A stretch of 64,000 bases of DNA from an uncultured Planctomycetota bacterium. GTDB lineage: Bacteria; Planctomycetota; Planctomycetia; Isosphaerales; Isosphaeraceae. Shown here one piece after another: positions 40,801 through 52,800 of this stretch. Position 1 is the stretch's first letter. The number at the start of each line of letters is the position of its first letter. The translations under genes and the position numbers were made by a program. The stretch is taken from NCBI GenBank assembly GCA_963823665.1, contig CAWGMQ010000010.1, positions 896,001-960,000 on the forward strand. Reading direction: 5' to 3'. Below the pieces are notes generated by a model. The model did no database searches and was not told the origin of the DNA. It saw nothing but the letters and a program-made list of their open reading frames with translations.

Positions 40801-43800
40801 GAGTCCCGAGCCGGTGGCGTTGCTGGGGGTGATGGTCAAGGGGGTGGCGCTGTAGTTGTAATTTCCGGAGCTGCTGAGCGTCGCGTTGGTGGTCAGCGTG
40901 ACGGCGCTGATCGAGTCGCCGCTGACGAGGCCGGACTCGGTGAAGCCGGTGGTGCCGCTCAGGCTCACGCTGCCGTAAGTGCCGGAGACGTTCTTGGCCG
41001 TGATGGTGAGCGCGGCGGTGTCGATCTTGCCATGGGCGTCGGAGAGCGAAGTGTTGGTGAGGTTGTAGTCGCCGGCGTCGAGTCCGCCCAGGGCAAGATT
41101 GGTGTAGGTGACGGTCTTGCCGCTGCCGGCATTCTGGGTGTCGTAAGTGCCGGTGGCCGACAGCGTGACGACGTCGTCGGTGACCAGAGTGGAGAGGGTG
41201 TAATCACTGCCCAGGGCGGCGCTGGTGGTGCCGTCATAGGTCTTCTCCTCGACGGCTCCGTTAAGCGCGGCGGTGATGTTGAGCTTGCTGATAGTGAGGC
41301 CGTTCGGGGCGGTGTCATAGGTGATGCTGTAATTGGAGAGTCCCGAGCCGGTGGCGTTGCTGGGGGTGATGGTCAAGGGGGTGGCGCTGTAGTTGTAATT
41401 TCCGGAGCTGCTGAGCGTCGCGTTGGTGGTCAGCGTGACGGCGCTGATCGAGTCGCCGCTGACGAGGCCGGACTCGGTGAAGCCGGTGGTGCCGCTCAGG
41501 CTCACGCTGCCGTAAGTGCCGGAGACGTTCTTGGCGGTGATGGTGAGCGCGGCGGTGTCGATCTTGCCGTTGGCGTCGGAGAGCGAAGTGTTGGTGAGGT
41601 TGTAGTCGCCGGCGTCGAGTCCGCCCAGGGCCAGATTGGTGAAGGTGACGGTCTTGCCGCTGCCGGCATTCTGGGTGTCGTAAGTGCCGGTGGCCGACAG
41701 CGTGACGACGTCGTCGGTGACCAGAGTGGAGAGGGTGTAATCACTGCCCAGGGCGGCGCTGGTGGTGCCGTCATAGGTCTTCTCCTCGACGGCTCCGTTA
41801 AGCGCGGCGGTGATGTTGAGCTTGCTGATAGTGAGGCCGTTCGGGGCGGTGTCATAGGTGATGCTGTAATTGGAGAGTCCCGAGCCGGTGGCGTTGCTGG
41901 GGGTGATGGTCAAGGGGGTGGCGCTGTAGTTGTAATTTCCGGAGCTGCTGAGCGTCGCGTTGGTGGTCAGCGTGACGGCGCTGATCGAGTCGCCGGTGAT
42001 GAGGCCGGACTCGGTGAAGCCGGTGGTGCCGCTCAGGCTCACGCTGCCGTAAGTGCCGGAGACGTTCTTGGCGGTGATGGTGAGCGCGGCGGTGTCGATC
42101 TTGCCGTTGGCGTCAGAGAGCGAATTGCTGGTCAGGTTGTAGTCGCCGGCGTCAAGGCCGCCCATGGCCAGATTGGTGAAGGTGACGGTCTTGCCGCTAC
42201 CGGCATTCTGGGTGTCGTAAGTGCCGGTGGCCGACAGTGTCACGACGTCGTCGGTGACCGGGGTGTAAAGGGTGTAATCACTGCCCAGGGCGGCGCTGGT
42301 GGTGCCGTCATAGGTCTTCTCCTCGACGGCTCCGTTAAGCGCGGCGGTGATGTTGAGCTTGCTGATAGTGAGGCCGTTCGGGGCGGTGTCATAGGTGATG
42401 CTGTAATTGGTGAGTCCCGAGCCGGTGGCGTCGCTGGGGGTGATGGTCCATGGCGTGGCGCTGTAGTTGTAATTTCCGGAGCTGCTGAGCGTGGCGTTGG
42501 TGGAGAGCGTGACGCCGCTGATCAACTCGCCGGTGATGAGGCCGGACTCGGTGAAGCCGGTGGTGCCGCTCAGGCTCACGCTGCCGTAAGTGCCGGAGAC
42601 GTCCTTGGCGGTGATGGCCAGCGCGGCAGTGTCGATCTCGCCGTTGGCGTCGGAGAGCGAAGTGTTGGTGAGGTTATAGTCGCCGGCGTCGAGTCCGCCC
42701 AGGGCCAGGTTGGTGTAGGTGACGGTCTTGCCGCTGCCGGCATTCTGGGTGTCGTAAGTGCCGGTGGCCGACAGCGTGACGACGTCGTCGGTGACCAGAG
42801 TGGAGAGGGTGTAATCATTGCCCAAGGCGGCGCTGGTGGTGCCGTCATAGGTCTTCTCCTCGACGGCTCCGTTAAGCGCGGCGGTGATGTTGAGCTTGCT
42901 GATAGTGAGGCCGTTCGGGGCGGTGTCATAGGTGATGCTGTAATTGGTGAGTCCCGAGCCGGTGGCGTCGCTGGGGGTGATGGTCCATGGCGTGGCGCTG
43001 TAGTTGTAATTTCCGGAGCTGCTGAGCGTGGCGTTGGTGGAGAGCGTGACGCCGCTGATCGAGTCGCCGGTGATGAGGCCGGACTCGGTGAAGCCGGTGG
43101 TGCCGCTCAGGCTCACGCTGCCGTAAGTGCCGGAGACGTTCTTGGCGGTGATGGTGAGCGCGGCGGTGTCGATCTTGCCGTTGGCGTCAGAGAGCGAATT
43201 GCTGGTCAGGTTGTAGTCGCCGGCGTCAAGGCCGCCCATGGCCAGATTGGTGAAGGTGACGGTCTTGCCGCTACCGGCATTCTGGGTGTCGTAAGTGCCG
43301 GTGGCCGACAGTGTCACGACGTCGTCGGTGACCGGGGTGTAAAGGGTGTAATCACTGCCCAGGGCGGCGCTGGTGGTGCCGTCATAGGTCTTCTCCTCGA
43401 CGGCTCCGTTAAGCGCGGCGGTGATGTTGAGCTTGCTGATAGTGAGGCCGTTCGGGGCGGTGTCATAGGTGATGCTGTAATTGGTGAGTCCCGAGCCGGT
43501 GGCGTCGCTGGGGGTGATGGTCCATGGCGTGGCGCTGTAGTTGTAATTTCCGGAGCTGCTGAGCGTGGCGTTGGTGGAGAGCGTGACGCCGCTGATCGAG
43601 TCGCCGGTGATCAGGCCGGACTCGGTGAAGCCGGTGGTGCCGTTCAGGCTCACGCTGCCGTAAGTGCCGGAGACGTCCTGGGCGGTGATGGTCAACGGCG
43701 CGGGTGTGATGACCTGACTGATGGGATTGGAACTCGACCCCTGATTATTCGCGTCGCCGCCGTAGACGGCAATGATCGTGTATGGGCCGCCGCTCACGGT

Positions 43801-46800
43801 CAGCGACGAAGTACTGAACGTCGCGATGTCCTGTCCGTCGACGACACCCAGCGTGCCGGTGCCGAGCTCGTCGTCCGGGTTCACTTCTCCGGTGTAGAAC
43901 GTCACGGTGCCTGTCGGCGTGCCGTAGCCCATCACTGTGGCGGTGAACGTGGCGGCCTGGCCGTAGACCACGGGCTCGGGCGCCGCCAGCACCGTTGTGG
44001 AAGCGCCGGACGAGACGATCCCGCCGGTTGCGGTGAACTGCAGCGTGGTGGTTATGTCGCCGCCGTTCTGATCGGTGATCTTGAAGGTGACAGTGTATGT
44101 CCCGGCTTCCTCCGGAGTGAACGTGAAGGTCTGGGCGGTTCCGTCGGGGATCGCCTGGTTGCCCGGAGCAACGACTTTCCAGTCAAACGTTTGGACGTCG
44201 GCGTCGTCCGGGTCGACGAATGAGCCGGTCAAGGTGACGGGCTCGCCCGCGACAACAGTGGACTGGTTGACAACCGCGGAGACGTCCAGGTAAGGCACTT
44301 GCCGATGAAATTGACGTTGCCGGAGCCGTAGATGATGGTGTCCGCCTGAAGCTGGGCGGAGACGGTGTCGTTTCCCGTCCCGGCGACAATCGTGTCGCTG
44401 CCCGAGCCGGCATACATCGTGTCGCCCGCACTGGCGAGGCCAAGAGGCATGGTGTCGGCAGTGGAAAGGCCGCCAGCCGTAGAGGCACCCGTGGCAAACG
44501 TGTACATGAAAAGCTCGTAGGCGCCGGTCAGCGGCTCATTGAGCGACACCGATTTAGGAGACGACGTGACCATCGCGTAATAGGTGCCGGTCTCCGCCAG
44601 GGTCAGGTCGAGAATCGTCGAATCCGTGTCCTGGAACGAGTCGTCGTCGTACGCGACGACGTTGCCTGCCGAGTCGTAGATCGTGAGCGCCGTGTCGAAG
44701 GCCCCCTGGGGCCGGTTGAGCACCGCCGACATGACCTCGAAATTGATCAGGGTTCCGGCCGTGGCCGTGAACGAGTAGTAGTCCGTATACGAGTTGCCCT
44801 GGCTGTCCGTGCTCAGGTAGCCGACCACGTCGGCCGCGGTGACGTCAAACGAGCGGTCGGCGTTCACACCTTCGAGGTCGGTGTCCGGCACGACCACGGG
44901 CTCGAGCGCAACGGCCTGAGCGGTTGCCATCGTGTAGTGGGGCGCAGTCTGCTCGTTGACCGGAGACCCGTCCTCGCCGTAGGCGAGCTTGATCGCCTCG
45001 CGCTCGCCGAAGTACGGGTCGTCGATGGCGTCGAAGAGAGTGGCGTTGACCGACGCTCCGGAGGCCATGATATGCCGTACCGTCTCGGTGGCGTCGACAG
45101 GCCCGGTGAAAGCGGGGACATAAAGGTCGGGGTTCACCCCGCTGTAGATGCCCGAGCCGATCGGCCCGAACGAGTCGCCGTGCTCGAGCCCCGAAAGGTG
45201 CCCCAGCTCGTGGGCAGCGATCGTTGCTGAAAGAGCAACAAAGTCGGCGCTCGTGGCGGCGGGCTCGCCCGGGCTTCCCAGCAGGTCGTTGACGTTGACC
45301 CCGGCCTGGTCTGCCGGCGTGATCTGGAACCCCGCTTCGGTCAAGGTCGTCGAGCCGGCGATGTCCAGGTCGCGCCAGTCGATCCCCGTGGCGATGCCTC
45401 CTTCCAGGCCCGTCAGTACCGGGTCGTTGAAGTAGATCGTCGTGTAGACCCCCGACTCTGGCGGCGACAGCGTGAACACGTACGAGAAATCGGCGTAATC
45501 GGCGACGAGCTGTGACTCGATCGCGCTCTCCTCGTCCGGGGTGTAGATGTGCTGACCGGGCAGCTCGTAGTCGCTGAAGTCGAGATAGATCGTGCGCGTC
45601 ACGCCGCCTTCGAGAAGGTCGTTGCCGCCCAGCCCGGCGATCAGATCGTCGCCCCCGCCGCCGATCAACGTGTTGTCGCGAGCGTTGCCAATGATCGTGT
45701 CGTCGTAGCCGCTGCCCAGGACGTCGGCGATCCCCATCGGATTGGATAACGTCAGCGTGAGCGTGCCCGGGATCACCGCCTGAGCACCAGCCGCGCTCAG
45801 GTTGATATTGACGCCGGCCGGCGCTTGCGAGAAATCGAGCCACGCATTCGCAGTGTCGCTCGCCTCGTCGATCGTCTGGCTGCCGCTCGAGCCGCTGTTG
45901 AACGCGAACGTGTCGTTGCCGCCGCCACCGACGAGCGAGTCGTTGCCGGTACCCGAGACCAGCGTGTCGTCGTTGCTCGAGCCGACGAGCGTGTCGTTGC
46001 CGGTTCCGGCGATCAAGAGCGTGCCCCCGGAGAAGCCCGAGGCGTCGAGCGTGAAGTCGCCGGCACCCGCGGCGAGGACGGCGTTCTGGAACCCGCTGAT
46101 CGGGTCTTCGATCGCCTGCCCGGTGCCTCCATAGGCCGAGAACATGGTGTCGGTGAGCGTCATGTTGTTCGCGCCGAAGAAGCCGAACCAGGAATCGAAG
46201 CCCCCCCCGGCCGTGATCGAGTCGTATCCTGTGCCCGCGGCGATCGTCGCATTGCCGGTGCCGCCATCGATCGTGTCGTTGCCCGGCCCTCCGTAGATGA
46301 TGTCGTTGCCCGAGCCGCCGGTGATCGAGTCGGCGCCGTCGCCCGCCGAGATCGTGCTGTTGCCCGAGCCGCCGTAGATCACGTCGTCGGCCTTGCCGCC
46401 GTTGATGTAGTCGTCGCCTGATCCGCCGGTGATCGTGTTGTCGCCGGCACCGCCGTAGATGATGTCATTGCCCGAGCCGCCGGTGATCGAGTCGCTGCCG
46501 GATCCACCGGTGATCGTGGTGTTGCCGCTGCCGCCGTAGATGATGTCGTTGCCGGCGCCGCCGTTGATCGAGTCGTTGCCGCTGCCGCCGGTGATCGTGC
46601 TGTTCTGTGAGCCCCCGTAAATGATGTCGTTGCCGCTGCCGCCGGTGATCGAATCATTGCCGCCGCCCGCTGTGATCGTGTTGTTGCCCGAACCGCCATA
46701 GATGATGTCGTTGCCGCCCCCACCGACGATCGAATTGTTGCCGGATCCGCCGGTGATCGTGTTATTGCCCGACCCACCATAGATGATGTCGTTGCCCGTG

Positions 46801-49800
46801 CCGCCCACGATCGACTCGCCGCCTGATCCGCCGTTCAAGGTGCTCCCGTTCGACCCGCCGTAGATGATGTCGTTGCCCGTGCCGCCGATCAGCGTGCTGT
46901 TGCCGCCCCCACCCGTGATCGTGTTGTTGCCCGAACCGCCATAAATGATGTCGTTGCCCGATCCGCCGATGATCGAGTCGTTGCCCGATCCGCCGACAAT
47001 CGTGTTGGTGTTCGAGCCGCCGTAGATGATGTCGTTGCCGGTGCCGCCCACGATCGATTCGCCGCCCGATCCACCATTCAAGGTACTCGGGTTCGATCCG
47101 CCGTAGATGATGTCGTTTCCGGTGCCGCCGATCAGCGTGCTGTTCCCGCCGCCGCCGGTGATCGTGTTGTTGCCCGACCCGCCGTAGATGATGTCGTTGC
47201 CCGAGCCACCGATGATCGAGTCGTTGCCGCTTCCGCCGGTGATCGTGTTGTTGTTCGACCCGCCGTAGATGATGTCGTTGCCCGAGCCGCCGATGATCGA
47301 CTCGCCGCCCGACCCGCCGGTCAAGGTGCTCGGGTTCGAGCCGCCATAGATGATGTCGTTTCCTGAGCCGCCGATCAGCGTGTCGCTGCCGCCGGCGCCG
47401 GTGATCGTGGTGTTGCCCGATCCGCCGTAGATGATGTCGTTGCCCGACCCGCCGATGATCGAGTCGTTGCCACTTCCGCCCGTGATCGTGTTGTTGTTCG
47501 ACCCGCCGTAGATGATGTCGTTGCCGCTTCCGCCGACGATCGACGCGTTGCCGTTGCCGCCGGTGAGCGTGGTATTCCCCGTGCCGCCGTAGATGATGTC
47601 GTTGCCGGTTCCGCCGACGAGCGTCGAATTTCCGCCGCCCCCGGTGAGCGTGGTGTTGCCCGATCCGCCGTAGATGATGTCGTTGCCCGATCCGCCGACG
47701 ATCGACTCGTTGCCGCTTCCGCCGGTGATCGTCGTATTGCCCGACCCGCCGTAGACGATGTCGTTGCCCGACCCGCCGATGATCGAGTCGTTGCCGGAGC
47801 CGCCGGTCAACGTCGAGGAGCTCGATCCGCCGTAGATGATGTCGTTGCCCGATCCGCCCACGATCGAGTCGTTCCCGGTGCCGCTCGTGATCGTCGTGTT
47901 GGTAGACCCGCCATAGATCACGTCGTTGCCCGAACCGCCCACGATCGAGTTGTTTCCCGATCCGCCGGTGATCGTGGTGTTGCCTGAGCCGCCGTAGATG
48001 AGATCGTCTTGGTCGTTGCCGATGACGTTGTCGCCGTTGGGCGAGGCGACGTAGCCGTCGAAGCTTCCAATGAGCGTCACGACGGCGCCATCGGAATTCA
48101 CCTGCTGCGGCTGGCCGGTTTCGAGGGCGAGATTGATCGTGATCGCCACCGTTGAGATCGAGAAGTTGAGCGTGTTGAAGCCGGACAGATCGTCGACGAG
48201 CGGGTCGGTACCCGGGTTGATGAAGTAGGTGTCGTTGCCCGTGCCGCCGTACAGCGAGTCGTCGCCCTGATTGGAGTAGAGCGTGTCGTCGCCCGGCCCG
48301 CCGACCAGGCTGTTGGCCCCGCCGTTTGCCACCAGGATGTCGTTCCCCGAGCCACCCGTGAGCGATTCACTGTTGCCGTAGCCGTCAAGCTCGACGGGGG
48401 CCGTCATGGTATGCGCATCGACCGTGACCTGGTTGCCCAGGATGAGAGCCATCACTTCGGTCTCCGGGGACTGAATGGGCGCATTCGACAGCACACTCGT
48501 GCCCACGGAGACCGTGATCCCCGTCGTGGGATCAATCGTGACGTTCACCTGATTCTGGTCGATCACCACGATCTGCACGCTGTCGCTTCCCTGACCGCCG
48601 TCGCTGTCGGTGGCAGTCGCGGTTGCCACCAGCACACCGATCGACGTCGGGGTGTTGAAACTGATCGTCGCGCCCGTGCCGGAGTCGATCTGCACGCCGT
48701 TATTTGTCACGTTCCAGACGACCGTTTCGGTGTCGAGGATGCCGGGGTCCGTGACAACACCCTTGAGGCTGATCATTCCCGAAAGGGGGCTGCCAGCGCT
48801 CTCGATGCGGACCGAGGGCGCGGCGTTATCGACCTCGATCGAAGTGGTCGCTGTGGTCGTGCTCACGTCGTCCGAGACGGAGACCTGGATCGCGAAGGAG
48901 CCGCCGGTGGGCTCGCCGGGTGGATTGTTCAGATACAGATGCGAAGCGGTGTACGTATACTGTCCGGGCGAAGTCTCCTCGATCTGACCCAGCATGCCGA
49001 CCAGCGTGGTGGAGGTCGAGCCGTCGCCCCAGTTGATCGTGACCGTGTGCGGGTCGAGCGTGCCCGGGTCGGTGAACGAGCCATCGAGCGTGACCGTGCC
49101 CCCCTCGAAGATCTTGGAAGACGACAGCTCCAGGTTGCTCGAGTTGAACTGCGGAGGAACGTTCGAGACCGTCACCTCGGTCGAAGCGCTCCCGCTCTTC
49201 TCTTCCTCGTTGATCACGCTGGCGCTGATGGTGTACTCGCCGCTTGCGACGCCAGGGGGGTTGTTCAGATACGTGTGCGACGTCGAGAACGTGTCGTCTC
49301 CCGGCGGCAGCACGATCGTCGTGAAGAGCGAGCCATCGCCCCAGTTGATCGTGAGCGTGTTGGTGTGGATGCCTCCGGGGCTCACGATCGTGCCGCTCAA
49401 CATCTCCGTGCCATTCTCGAGGATGCTGTTCGATGAGAGCACCAAGCCCGGCGCGGCGAATACGGGAGCCGGATCACTGATCAACAGCGGCGTTTGAGCA
49501 AACGCAGTCAAGTCGGTGCCGTCGGAGAGCGTGACGCCGATGTTGTACTTGTAAGACGCATCCGTTGTGTACTCGTGGGGTGCCGAGAATGCGTATGAGC
49601 CGGCTGGAAGCGGCACGGTCGTGGGGCTCGAGCCGTCGCCCCAATCGATCGTCGCGGTGAGCGCGGCGTCGGGGTTGACGTCCATGAACGTGCCGCTGAC
49701 GATCACCGAGTCGTAACTGAGCGTGGCATACGTCGTGGTCGCGGAGACCGACAGCGACGCACTGGGCTGATACAGGTCGACAGCTCCCGCGGCCGGTGCA

Positions 49801-52800
49801 CCGACCACGATCGCGCCGTCGTCGATTCCCACCGCCGTTCCGAAGGCGTCGCCGGTGGTCGGGGTCGGTTCCTGGAAGGCGCCGATCGCATTGCCGAAGG
49901 TCGGGCTCGACGGGTCGGCGTCGAAGAGATACGCGGCCCCGGCGTCGTGTGTACCGAGGTTTGCTCCGGGCGCACCGATCAAGGCCTGGTTGCCCGTGCC
50001 TGCGACCGAAGCACCGAATTCACCGCCGCCTCCGTCAGGCTGGACGAACATCTCGGGCGATCCGGGCGAGTTAAAGCTGGGCGAGCTAAAGAACAGGAAC
50101 GCTGCACCGGCGCCGCCATCATCGAGCGGCGACCCGATCAGGACGTTCGATCCGACCGCCGCGACGGCCGCCCCGAACTCGCCGCCACCGTCGGGAGGCA
50201 AGAACGTCTGGAGCATGCTCCCGGAAGTGCCGTAGAGAAACGCCGCGCCCTGCGGGCCGGCGTTCGCATCCAGCGGCGATCCAATCAGCACGTCGTCTCC
50301 CACGGCCGCGACCGCAGCCCCGAAACTCTTCGTCTCGTAGTCGGGGTTGGCTATCGTCGTCAACAAAGCGCCGGTCGTATCGTCGAACAAATAGACCTTT
50401 CCGAGTGTCGGATTCATCGGTGAATCGGCGTACGGTGCTCCGACGGCAACCTCGTTCCCCAGCCCCCCTACGGCCGCGCCGAACTGTGCGGGAACAAGGC
50501 CGGTATTACCCGGGAACGACAACGTCAAGAGCAGCGAGCCGAACGTGGTGCTATCCGGGTTCGCATCGAACACATACGCCACGCCCTGGCCCGCGCCGGG
50601 CGCCCGACGATCAGATCGTCGCCGAAATCCGCGACCGATGCGCCGAACAGATCGCCGGCCGTCGCGCCCGGATCCTGGAAGACGTGGATCAGCGAGCCGT
50701 ACCTGTATGGCGTCGACACGCCATCGTCGGTGGGTACGCCATCATAAAGATCGACTGCGCCACCGTTGCCAGCCTGGGGCGCCCCGATCACCACGTTGCC
50801 GTCGATCGCAGCCACAGCCGTTCCGAATCCGTCGCCGGATGTCGAGCTCGAGAATGTCTCGGGCGGCGTGAACGAATCCGGCGTGAAGACCGGCGGCACG
50901 TCGCTCACAGTCACGGTAGCCGTCGCGGTGCTCACGCCGCCAAAGCCGTCGTCGACCGTCAAGGTCACCGTCTCGACTCCGGGCTTGGTGTAGGCGTGAA
51001 TCGGGTCCGGCCCGGTCCCCGTGGCGCCGTCGCCGAATGTCCAGAAATAGCTGAGCGAACCGTTGTTGGGGTCAATTGAGCCCGAACCGTTGAACGGGAT
51101 CGACACCCCTTCGTCGACGGTCAGCTTCGTGAAGCTAATCTTCGCGGTGGGGGGAATGTCGGAGCCGAACGCTTGAGAGAATTCCGAAGTATTGCCGGCG
51201 GGGTCAGTCGCCGTCGCGGTGACGAACTGCACCCCCGTTGCCGGGGTCGGGAACGAGAACGTGAAGTGGGCTGTTCCGCTTGCATCAATGGGAACCGGTC
51301 CTGAGCCCAGCACGTAACGCCCTTCGCCGTAGCCCGAGGCATTACTCGACGAGAGCGTGTAAAAGTCGAGCATGAACGTCGTGTTCGCGGTGCTCTCGAG
51401 AGAGCCCATGACCGTCGTCATGCCGCCGGTGCTCGTCACCGCGGTGATGACCGGGTAGTTCTCATAGTTGTTGGGGCCCGTAAGTGGCGTCGCCGAAATC
51501 GGGGTCACCACGTTGCCGCCCAGACCGATCCCGAGACCATGATTCGAGAAAATCGAGTTCAGCCGGATCGTGTTGCCGGTGCCGGCAGACGCGTCGACGT
51601 CGACTCCAAGGCCGGTGTGGAGTGACGTGCCCGTACTGAACGCGATCGTGTTGCCGGCTGCCGCCGCGCTCCCGCCGATCGTGTTGTCCGATGATCCGTA
51701 CTGGATGAGGATGCCGGTGCCGTTGCCCAGTGCGACCGATCCCGTTGGATCGGTGCCGATCTTGTTGGCCTGGATGAGCACACCGCTGTCGCTCCCCACC
51801 AGGTCGATGCCGGCGCCCGAGTTGCTCGAGATGACGTTGCCCACGCCCGCCGCGGTGCCGCCGATCGTCACGTCGCTCACATCGCCGAGCTCCAGTCCAT
51901 CGCCCAGGTTGCCGAGAGCGATTTTCCCGGTCTTGTCGGTGCCGATGTAGTTGCCCAGCACCAGGGCTCCCGAAGAGGCGCTCCCCTGGATCGAGACGCC
52001 CACATAGGCGTTGGCCGAGATCACGTTCCCGGCCCCCTCCGCCGTGCCGCCGATGGTCGTGCCGGGGGAGGCGATGTCGACTATGCCCGAGCCGGTATTG
52101 GCTAGCGGTCCCGTTCCATCTTGATTCACACCGATGTAGTTTCCCTGAATCAGCGTACCGGAGGCACCACCCTCAACCTCGATGCCGTTGATGCCATTGT
52201 TCAGGCCGCCATTGCCCGAGATCACGTTGAGGGCGACGGCGGTCGTGCCGCCGATCGTGGTGTTCAAGGCACCCGTGACGGCGATGCCGGAATTCGTGTT
52301 GCCGACGGCAGAGATACCGTTTGCATCGGTTCCAATCAGGTTCCCGGCGATCAGGGTTCCGGTTGCCCCGCCGCTCACCGACACGCCTTCGGCATTGCCC
52401 GAGAGGACGTTTCGCCCGCCGCCGGAAACCCCGCCGATCGTGCTGTCCGTCGCACCCGCAACGTCGACGCCTGCGCCCGCGTTGCCAAGCGGCGTCTCTC
52501 CGGTTGTGTCGGTCCCGATCTGGTTTCCCGCGACCACGTTGTCCGCAGTGGCCGCGCCGTTCAACAACACTCCGTCGCCAAGATTGCCCGAGATGAGATT
52601 GCCGTCGCCGGCGGCCGTGCCGCCGATCGTGTTGCTCGACGCGCCGGAAGCGATCTCGACGCCCGTGGCGTTGGCGATCGCGACCGTGCCGCTCGGGTCG
52701 GTGCCGATCATGTTGCCTTCGACCACGTTGCCTGTAGCACCGGAGCCGGTGATCTGAACCCCATAGCTCGCGTTGCCCGAAATCACGTTGCCCGCCGGAG

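Noticed and set aside
39229..44223. 1664-aa plus-strand ORF
   Set aside because: It is the antisense shadow of the 537-bp repeats. One stop-free unit is simply repeated, and the G/V/A-rich product has no motifs.
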